From: an uncultured virus (IMG/VR IMGVR_UViG_3300035498_001578) | Taxonomy: Duplodnaviria; Heunggongvirae; Uroviricota; Caudoviricetes | IMG/VR virus record: IMGVR_UViG_3300035498_001578 | Reading direction: 5' to 3' (one strand) | Length of the DNA stretch: 56,813 bases | Shown here: positions 49,409 to 56,813 of the stretch, in pieces | Layout of the letters: the number at the start of each line of letters is the position of its first letter | How positions within the stretch are numbered: position 1 is the first letter of the stretch | Made by a program: the position numbers and the translations under genes | Notes under the pieces: generated by a model | What the model was told of the DNA's origin: nothing | Seen by the model: the letters and a program-made list of their open reading frames with translations, nothing else | Databases searched by the model: none

Positions 49409-49578
49409 AAAATATAAGAGAGAACTTTAATTTAGTTCTCTCTTTTTTATATACCTCTTAAAATCGCTCAAAATCGATTTTAAGGACGTTTAATAATTTT
49501 ATAAAGAATTACACAGCAAAATGTTTGACACGTCTTAAAATTGAAAATAAGAACAAAATAGAGAGGTTTATAGCCTCT

Positions 49579-50094
49579 CTACTGAAATTGATTATCTGTA
49601 CATACATAATAACCTTCTTTGTATATATAATTCATTTCATTACAAAACTTGTAAGCATCTACTTCGTTGTCAAAGTAAAATTCATTGGAATAAGTTTCAT
49701 AATCTTTACCTTTAACAAAGTTTTCTTTTATTGTAGAATAAATATAATTAATTTCTTCCTTAGAAAGAAGTTGTTTCTTATATAATTCATGAAAAGAATA
49801 AGAATGAACACCATTATAATGGTCTATTATTCTTAAAAACTTAGTCTTTGCTATACCGTAAATTGAAGAATTATCTATTTCTAAATCAAGCCCTTTCATA
49901 GCTAAGAAAAATTCCATTTCTTTTACTTTACTCATAAAATTTTCACAGGTTATAATGTAATGTTTAAATTGAATATAACTATAATCTTGTATAAGTTCTT
50001 TTATTCTTTCGGACGGACAATTTAGAATTATTTCCATATTTTCCATATTTGTAAGTTTTATATTACTATTTCTAATGTAAAATAAATTATTCAT
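49579..50094 (-). CDS. expanded paralog family protein
   Basis: FFLAMKG, LSKEEI, GKDY...FYF. Confidence 0.78.
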   Translation of the reverse strand: MNNLFYIRNSNIKLTNMENMEIILNCPSERIKELIQDYSYIQFKHYIITCENFMSKVKEMEFFLAMKGLDLEIDNSSIYGIAKTKFLRIIDHYNGVHSYSFHELYKKQLLSKEEINYIYSTIKENFVKGKDYETYSNEFYFDNEVDAYKFCNEMNYIYKEGYYVCTDNQFQ

Positions 50095-50106
50095 ATAAAC
50101 TCCTTT

Positions 50107-50628
50107 CTATAAAAAAAGTTGAAGCACATTAATATCTTGGATATAATAATTTGTGTTATCTGATTTTATTCTTTTAATTATATCATCGCAAGTTTTATAA
50201 TTGTTAAAACATAATTCTTCTGTTGCAACATAATCTATTTTTTCTTTATATTTAGAAAAAACATTATGTAACTTCCTTACTTCCTTTAAACTAAGAATCT
50301 TATCTCTATATAATGCAAGAGTGGAAATATAGAAACAATCATTAGAAATAAAAGAAAGTTTGCTCTTAAAACAACTTACTGTTAATTCCCCTGTAATTAT
50401 TTTATGGAATAATTGCTGTTTTATTTCATAAAATATCTTTTCGTTATTAATTTTGTAATAATAAAAAGACATTGATTTGTTTAGAATAGATTGAATATAT
50501 TCATCAGATAAATTATTATCTTTTAAAAACTTTTCATTACTAAGAAATTTTGTATCAATAAAAGAAATATCGTTTAATGTGTGTAAATAATCTTGGTAAT
50601 GGTAATATATTCTATATATCTTTTTCAA
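50107..50628 (-). CDS. expanded paralog family protein
   Basis: LFHKIITG, LSLKEV, HNVFSKY. Confidence 0.78.
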   Translation of the reverse strand: MKKIYRIYYHYQDYLHTLNDISFIDTKFLSNEKFLKDNNLSDEYIQSILNKSMSFYYYKINNEKIFYEIKQQLFHKIITGELTVSCFKSKLSFISNDCFYISTLALYRDKILSLKEVRKLHNVFSKYKEKIDYVATEELCFNNYKTCDDIIKRIKSDNTNYYIQDINVLQLFL

Positions 50629-50648
50629 TTATATCTCTCCTCTCTAAA

Positions 50649-51191
50649 TTAAAGTGTTGGTCTTACCTCTGCTATACAATAGTCTTTTTCACTATATGAT
50701 GAATCACTCTCTTTTATTGTTTTAATTATTCTTTCACAGGAAAGACGATTTGTAAAGTATAAATCTTCGTGTTGAAAATAATCTTCGTCTGCTTTATACT
50801 TAGAAAAAACATTATGTACTTTCTTTATTTCTTCTAAAGTAAGAATGTTTTTCTTATATAAACTGTAAGTATTGGTAAGAATACCTGTATAAGTTATAAA
50901 AATAAGAACATTAGGTCTTAGTTTGTAATCTTTAGTCCAACGGGCTATTTTCAAATCTCTTGCAACAATCCTATGAAATAGAACCAATTTTATGTCATCA
51001 ATTATTTTTTCATTATATATTTTATAACTATGAAAATCTTGACTGTTTGTAAAAAAATCTTGAATATTGTTATTTTGACTACAATCAAGTAGCATTTTTC
51101 TAATAGAGTTTGTATCAAGGTCAATAAATTCAAGATAACGATATTGATTATTACATATATTTTTGAGTTTTATTGAATATAGTTCTTCCAT
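50649..51191 (-). CDS. expanded paralog family protein
   Basis: LFHRIVA, LTLEEI, HNVFSKY. Confidence 0.78.
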   Translation of the reverse strand: MEELYSIKLKNICNNQYRYLEFIDLDTNSIRKMLLDCSQNNNIQDFFTNSQDFHSYKIYNEKIIDDIKLVLFHRIVARDLKIARWTKDYKLRPNVLIFITYTGILTNTYSLYKKNILTLEEIKKVHNVFSKYKADEDYFQHEDLYFTNRLSCERIIKTIKESDSSYSEKDYCIAEVRPTL

Positions 51192-51203
51192 ATATAGCCC
51201 CTT

Positions 51204-51722
51204 TTAATGGTACTTACTAATTTTGTAAATTACATCTTCATTAGGATATTTATTTATTTTTTCTATTGCTTTTTTAGCTGAACTCTTGGTTATGAAAAAC
51301 AATTGTTCAAAAATAGCATAATCTTTTCCTCTTTTGTAGTTTAAGAAAACATTATGAAGATTATTTATTTCTTTTAAAGTAAGAACCTTATTTCTATACA
51401 TATTAATTGTTGAGCTGTAACAATAGATACCTTGTGTAAAGCAAAGGTTGTTAGTAAATAAATCTATCTTTAAATCCCCTGAAATAATCTTATGAAAAAA
51501 TAGTTTTTTAATATCCTCATAAATCTTTTCGTTAATAACAGTGTATGTATAAAAAGAAACTGTATCTTCTAATATACATTGTATATCGAACTTAGTAAGG
51601 TTATTCGCTTTTAATAATTCTTCTCTGTAGAAAAAGTCAGAATTAATAAAACGAATATCATCTTTTCTTATTTCAAGAAAGTTGTTTCCATTTACTGCGT
51701 ATATATTATATAACGGTTTCAA
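51204..51722 (-). CDS. expanded paralog family protein
   Basis: FFHKIISG, LTLKEI, GKDY. Confidence 0.78.
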   Translation of the reverse strand: MKPLYNIYAVNGNNFLEIRKDDIRFINSDFFYREELLKANNLTKFDIQCILEDTVSFYTYTVINEKIYEDIKKLFFHKIISGDLKIDLFTNNLCFTQGIYCYSSTINMYRNKVLTLKEINNLHNVFLNYKRGKDYAIFEQLFFITKSSAKKAIEKINKYPNEDVIYKISKYH

Positions 51723-51729
51723 AAGTTAG

Positions 51730-52332
51730 TCACTTCCTTTGAGGTATTTTTATAGGCTCTATGTTGTTTGGATGATAAAGGAACAAATTATCGCTACTAA
51801 TATTGGCAATATTAAAACCATTATACCTATAATCAGTTAAAATTTTTCTACCCATAAGGTGGGTTACGGCTTTAGCATCTTTGTATTTTTCAAAACAAAC
51901 ATATTCATCTATAACTTCATAATCAATTCCTTTTCCATAATTAGAAAAGATGTTATGTAACTTTTTTATTTCTTTTAAAGTAATAACTTTGTTTCTAAAC
52001 AATGAAAGGGTATTTAAATGAATATATTTTTTACAAATAAAAGCTATGCAATTTGCATTGTTTTCATTGTACGTGTTTATTTTGAAATCACCTGAAATAA
52101 TTCTATTAAAGAATAGCGAAATAATTTCTTTGGTTATTTCATCATTATAGATATTATACTTATAGAAAGAGAAAATCTTATCTAAAATAAGATTCTTTTC
52201 TTCTTCGGTAATACCACCTGTTTCTAAAGTATAGGATAATTCTTTTGTCATAAATTCTTTTGTCACAACAAGTTTAGTTAATATGTTTGATTTATTATAA
52301 GCCTGATAATCTATACAAAATAAGTTTTTCAT
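51730..52332 (-). CDS. expanded paralog family protein
   Basis: FFNRIISG, ITLKEI, GIDY; promoter upstream. Confidence 0.78.
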   Translation of the reverse strand: MKNLFCIDYQAYNKSNILTKLVVTKEFMTKELSYTLETGGITEEEKNLILDKIFSFYKYNIYNDEITKEIISLFFNRIISGDFKINTYNENNANCIAFICKKYIHLNTLSLFRNKVITLKEIKKLHNIFSNYGKGIDYEVIDEYVCFEKYKDAKAVTHLMGRKILTDYRYNGFNIANISSDNLFLYHPNNIEPIKIPQRK

Positions 52333-52458
52333 TGTTCTTCTCCTCTCTTTTTTAAGTAACTATATTATATCATAAATTTTGTTATTTGTCAAGAATATAT
52401 TAAGAACTTTTATATATTAAAAACCCTTAGTAGTTAATCGTTCTACTAAGGGTAATTG

Positions 52459-53262
52459 TTATTCAATAAAATATATAATTATTGTGCCGTCACTGGCTTT
52501 TTTGTATGACATACAATCTCCGTCTGCAATATTCATTTCATTAAACAAACTAAAGCAATAATCAAAATATGAATTAATATTTTCTAAATCTTCATTAGTA
52601 ATAAACTCTTTATTGCAAAGAGTTTCAATAAGACGATATTCTTTTTTATCAAAATCAAACTCCAATCTATCGTCTTTATAAACTTGAAGAAGATTTCTAC
52701 TTAATTCGCTTTCTCCATAATGAACACTACAATAATTCATTGAACTGTTTTTTGTATCAGTATAACATTGTTTAATAAAGTCAAATTTACTATCAAAAAT
52801 TTTATATAATGCTACGCTTAAAATCTGAAATACATCATTTTCATTTTCAAAAACCTCTATGATTTGAGGAAGATATGGGTTGCTTAGATTTTTTATTATT
52901 GTATCAATGTAATATGATAAATAATTGTCCGAACCCATAAAAGCATTATATATAAGGTTTTTTATTTTTTCAGAAAAGACAAACTCAGTAAAATAATTGT
53001 AGTTCAATAAATCATTATTTAATTTTTCTACAATACTATTATGCGGTGCTTTGACATACAACATATTAGAAGTGTTTAAAATGCTCTGATATTTGTGTTC
53101 TTCGTAATTTTCTTCTTTATAAACTTCAATAAGATGTTTTTCAAATAGATTGTTTTTATCAAAAATAAGTTCTGTTCTATAATTATTTAATATATCTTTT
53201 TTCTTTGTGGGAAAATCCATAATAGTATAATTATTTTCGGTTGTATATACTTTAATTTTCAA
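52459..53262 (-). CDS. hypothetical protein
   Basis: Probable TTG start at 53262 after AAGGAGG. Confidence 0.7.
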   Translation of the reverse strand: MKIKVYTTENNYTIMDFPTKKKDILNNYRTELIFDKNNLFEKHLIEVYKEENYEEHKYQSILNTSNMLYVKAPHNSIVEKLNNDLLNYNYFTEFVFSEKIKNLIYNAFMGSDNYLSYYIDTIIKNLSNPYLPQIIEVFENENDVFQILSVALYKIFDSKFDFIKQCYTDTKNSSMNYCSVHYGESELSRNLLQVYKDDRLEFDFDKKEYRLIETLCNKEFITNEDLENINSYFDYCFSLFNEMNIADGDCMSYKKASDGTIIIYFIE

Positions 53263-53275
53263 ATTAAATTCCTCC

Positions 53276-53782
53276 TTAATAGAATCTATAATAAACCCGT
53301 TCAAATACTAAAGAATTTACTCTAAAAATAATATAAGGATACCAGTTTTTAGAACACTTATGAAAAGTATCATTAACAAGTTGTATATCTCTTAGTCTTT
53401 TAAATAAGATGTATTTATCTGTACTATAATCAACACCTTCTTTAAAGTTTTGTTCGATATATTCTTGTATTTTTCCCATTTCTTTCAATGTTATTTTATT
53501 ATTTGTATAAGCTCTTAATAATGTTGTTCCACAAACCATAAGATAGTTTTCTTTATCAAGTTTAAATGTTAAGTCCCTGCCATTAAGTAAATCCATAAAG
53601 AACATTTGCTTTAAATAATTAAGAATTTCAGTATTGTTGATAATATATATATTTGAAAACATAACATTTTTCTTAGGTATAGCATTGATTTTATCTATTA
53701 CTTCTTCATATTTTTCAAGTTCTTTGAATGTGACTAATTCTCTATAACCTGTATGTCTTAATACATAACGATTATTTGCCAT
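53276..53782 (-). CDS. expanded paralog family protein
   Basis: FFMDLLNG, ITLKEM, NFKEGVDY. Confidence 0.78.
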   Translation of the reverse strand: MANNRYVLRHTGYRELVTFKELEKYEEVIDKINAIPKKNVMFSNIYIINNTEILNYLKQMFFMDLLNGRDLTFKLDKENYLMVCGTTLLRAYTNNKITLKEMGKIQEYIEQNFKEGVDYSTDKYILFKRLRDIQLVNDTFHKCSKNWYPYIIFRVNSLVFERVYYRFY

Positions 53783-53804
53783 AATAAATCCCCTTTTCTA
53801 TAAA

Positions 53805-54323
53805 TTATACACTACAATGCAAAATACTATATAGTGTATTCTTGCAAGGATAATTCTTTATCATTAATGCAACCTTTCTTGCAAGTCTATATTGTTTGAA
53901 GAATAATTCTTCATACGTAGAGTAATCTTTTTCATCATATTTAGAAAAGATATTATTTATTTTCTTTACTTCTCTTAAAGTAAGGATTTTATTTTTATAT
54001 AACTTAAAAGTATTTATAGTTGTTTTATTGTCTTCTTTGATGAATAATTCATTTTTATTTATTTCGCCATTAAGGATTTTAACAAAAAATAAAGCTGTTA
54101 TATCGTTAATTATATTCTCGTTGGAAGTTGTATAATTATAAAACCTTATGACATTTTTAGTGTTAAGAATTTTTTGAACATCGTTTGCTGAAAGATTATT
54201 TTTCTTCAATAATTCTTTGCAGGTTATATAATCCGTATTAACATAAGCTTTTTTGTATATTCGCATTTCCTCAAAAAGTGGTTGTTCATAATCAAAGAAA
54301 AATATTTTATATAAAAAACTCAT
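53805..54323 (-). CDS. expanded paralog family protein
   Basis: FFVKILNG, LTLREV, FSKY; promoter upstream. Confidence 0.78.
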   Translation of the reverse strand: MSFLYKIFFFDYEQPLFEEMRIYKKAYVNTDYITCKELLKKNNLSANDVQKILNTKNVIRFYNYTTSNENIINDITALFFVKILNGEINKNELFIKEDNKTTINTFKLYKNKILTLREVKKINNIFSKYDEKDYSTYEELFFKQYRLARKVALMIKNYPCKNTLYSILHCSV

Positions 54324-54411
54324 TTATTATCCTCCTTTTTAATTGATTGTATTATACCATAAAATTTATTGTTTGTCAAGATTTTAAAAAAAGGGAGAAT
54401 AAATCTCCCTT

Positions 54412-54933
54412 TTATGAAATATATTGTTTAGCTTTCCAAGAACAAAAAAGATTATATCTTCTATTTATATAATTACAAAATCTTTCGGCTTCACTTTCAG
54501 ATGTAAAATAAATCTTGTAATTATTTATGTTGTAATCCATATAAATGATAAGATTGTTTTTTATGGAATCATATATGTAGTTTATTTCCTCATAAGATAA
54601 AATATCATCTTTATATAATTCACATAAGGAATGATGTTCTTCTTCGTCATTCCTATCTACAATTCTTAAATTGTAAGTCATATCTTCTTCGTTAGAAGTA
54701 TAATATAATCTTTTCAACTTAAGCTTAAAACCTTTTAGAGTTAATAAGAAGTCTACATCTTTTATTTTGCTTATAAATTCCTTATTAGATATTTGATAAT
54801 CATTAAAACGAACATAATCGTAATCATCAATAAGTCCATCAAGCTCAAACCTTGAACAACATAAAATGTTTAACATTTCACGTACATTTATGTTTCTTCC
54901 TATTGTGTTTTTTATTCCATATAATTTACTCAT
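54412..54933 (-). CDS. expanded paralog family protein, close to 49579
   Basis: FLLTLKG, LSYEEINYIY. Confidence 0.78.
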   Translation of the reverse strand: MSKLYGIKNTIGRNINVREMLNILCCSRFELDGLIDDYDYVRFNDYQISNKEFISKIKDVDFLLTLKGFKLKLKRLYYTSNEEDMTYNLRIVDRNDEEEHHSLCELYKDDILSYEEINYIYDSIKNNLIIYMDYNINNYKIYFTSESEAERFCNYINRRYNLFCSWKAKQYIS

Positions 54934-55457
54934 AAATAATCTTTTCCTTTCAATCCCATTAACATAACATCTAATTCATCAAATGGAGTAAATCTCATTG
55001 ATAATATCGAATAATTATGTCGAATGGAAATAGCTCTAATATCTTTAGGTTTTTTAAAAAGAGGATAAGTTAATAATTCATAATCCACTTTATTTTTAAA
55101 ATTGGTTTCGATAGTCTTTTGTATTTTTTTCATTTCTCTAAGATTTATTATCTTTTTTCTATACGCCAAAGATAAGCTATTATCGTTTACTAAAAGATAT
55201 TCGATTTCAGGATTTTTTTCATTTGCTTTAGTTGAAAATCTTAAATCGCTTGTAAGTATCTCTGCGAAAAACTCTTGTTTTAGAGAATTGATAATATCTT
55301 TGTTTTTAATAATAAAGATATTAGAACAAACAAAATTCTTATCGGGTATTTCAATAAATTCTTCGTAATCATCTACATCTTTTAAAATATCTTCCATTGT
55401 AACAAGTTTATTAGAAACCGTATTTAACAAAAGATATGCTATTTTAATATTTTTCAT
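54930..55457 (-). CDS. expanded paralog family protein, close to 53276
   Basis: SNIFIIKN, INLREM, NFKNKVDY. Confidence 0.78.
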   Translation of the reverse strand: MKNIKIAYLLLNTVSNKLVTMEDILKDVDDYEEFIEIPDKNFVCSNIFIIKNKDIINSLKQEFFAEILTSDLRFSTKANEKNPEIEYLLVNDNSLSLAYRKKIINLREMKKIQKTIETNFKNKVDYELLTYPLFKKPKDIRAISIRHNYSILSMRFTPFDELDVMLMGLKGKDYL

Positions 55458-55690
55458 TTAAAATCCGCTCCTTTTTTTGTGTTTTTTGTTTACGATTATA
55501 TTATATCATAATTTTTGCAATTTGTCAAGATGTTTTTTAAAAAAATATAAAATATACGTTAAAATCGCTCAGAATGTTTTTTAAGCCAATTAAATCATGT
55601 AATAAACAAATATAAAATAAATAATAAAAACTCTTCGTTATGACAAAGCCAATAAAAAATAGGGAGTCTAAACTCCCTATTTAATTCTTT

Positions 55691-56803
55691 TTAAACTGCC
55701 TGTGAAGTTTTCTCTACAAAACTCTTATTTATTTCCTTTACAATCAAATCTATATTATCACTATGACAGTGAATCCACTTGCAATTATTAGACTTTGCTA
55801 CGTTCTTTATTTTTTCATATAAAGAGTGGGAAATAAAGTTTGTAAAAAACACAATACCATCAAAACTCTTTATGTAATTCGCAGAACATATAGCAGAACA
55901 GTTCATAATATTCTCTGAATTTTTGTAAACGGTTTTCAACTTTCTTATGGTTGGAATATATCCACCAACAAATAAAAGTTTCTTAGTTGTATCAATATTT
56001 TCTATTTCAATTTTTTTATTGGTTATTTCTATAATCTCTTCTTTAAACATTTTATCTGAGGCTACATTACCTGTTTTAATGTTTTTTGTTGAAGAAGATT
56101 GACATTCTTTATGAGATAACTCTTTATCTTTTTTGTATATTGTTTTCTGTAATTCATCATTTTTTTTCTGTAGTTCGTTGGTTTTTTCTTCTAAAGATTT
56201 AATTTTATTAAGCAACTTCTCTGTTTCACTTTGATTCATTTCAAGTTGTTGTCTAAGTTCTTTGTTATCTTTAGTTATTACATTATTTTCTTTTTCGAGA
56301 TATTTGTTTATCTCTAAAAGCATAATGCTATCGTTGTTTTCGTCACTAACAGATAACGATATATTTGTTGCAATTATATAAAAAACATTAAACAACAAAT
56401 TGAACTCTCCTATTTCTCCAAAAGAAAATTTTTTGGTTATGAAATCGGACTTGTCCAACATTTTAGGGTCTTTTATCATTTTGCTATATAACGCAAAGCG
56501 TATTAAGTCCTCTATTTGTGAATATACCTTAAAAGTGAAAGAAGCTCCAAATAGTTCATTTAGATATTCGTTAAAGCGGATTTCTTTTTTAAAACTAATT
56601 TCTTCTTTAAGTGATATTTTGTCTACTATGTTTTTTATATCAGGTAAACTCTTTAAGAAGTTCATGGGTAGTCCATCATTTTCTCCAAAAATAAAGTCAG
56701 AAGAAGAAATAGACCAAAAAACTGTTTTCATAACATTGTTTAGAAAAGAACTTGCGATATTTGAAATATCATCTGTACAAGGTTTTTCTAATGCCGAAAC
56801 CAT
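55691..56803 (-). CDS. coiled-coil + DUF2325-like domain protein (probably 5'-partial)
   Basis: LLFVGG...FDGIVFFTNFISH; frame stays open to the window edge. Confidence 0.78.
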   Translation of the reverse strand: MVSALEKPCTDDISNIASSFLNNVMKTVFWSISSSDFIFGENDGLPMNFLKSLPDIKNIVDKISLKEEISFKKEIRFNEYLNELFGASFTFKVYSQIEDLIRFALYSKMIKDPKMLDKSDFITKKFSFGEIGEFNLLFNVFYIIATNISLSVSDENNDSIMLLEINKYLEKENNVITKDNKELRQQLEMNQSETEKLLNKIKSLEEKTNELQKKNDELQKTIYKKDKELSHKECQSSSTKNIKTGNVASDKMFKEEIIEITNKKIEIENIDTTKKLLFVGGYIPTIRKLKTVYKNSENIMNCSAICSANYIKSFDGIVFFTNFISHSLYEKIKNVAKSNNCKWIHCHSDNIDLIVKEINKSFVEKTSQAV

Positions 56804-56813
56804 TAAATCAGTA

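Noticed and set aside
1..56813. Stop-codon reassignment
   Set aside because: Genes are full-length under code 11, and TAA, TGA and TAG all occur at plausible gene ends

Overview
Very AT-rich segment of what is most likely a large (jumbo) phage of a Firmicute/Clostridia host. Evidence: dozens of near-consensus TTGACA-N17-TATAAT promoters, strong AGGAGG RBSs, phage-type tRNAs without CCA, PIN-PhoH, a TerD-like protein, large paralogous families, and no core cellular genes. The main find is a compact type V-like CRISPR system at about 36.8-40.5 kb. A 547-aa TnpB/Cas12f-like RuvC protein (catalytic D/E/D motifs intact, no CxxC zinc finger, no IS ends seen) is flanked by two copies of one RNA module: sigma-A promoter, then a ~180-nt structured tracr-like RNA, then a type I-C-like leader, then an array of 32-bp repeats. 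The two RNA copies show compensatory base changes. Each carries a 7-nt segment (ATTCCAA vs ATTTCAA) exactly complementary to the 3' end of its own array's repeat (TTGGAAT vs TTGAAAT). No cas1/cas2/cas4 is present. Other notable features: a ~840-nt ROOL-like giant structured RNA next to tRNA-Leu; a family of hairpin RNAs displaying anti-start-codon plus anti-Shine-Dalgarno sequences; six proteins built from ~35 tandem HTH-like modules; a solo IS200/IS605 tnpB element splitting an FxLYD-like pseudogene; a four-copy noncoding repeat array; and a 1.7-kb AT-rich region with iteron-like repeats. All calls are by eye, without database searches.
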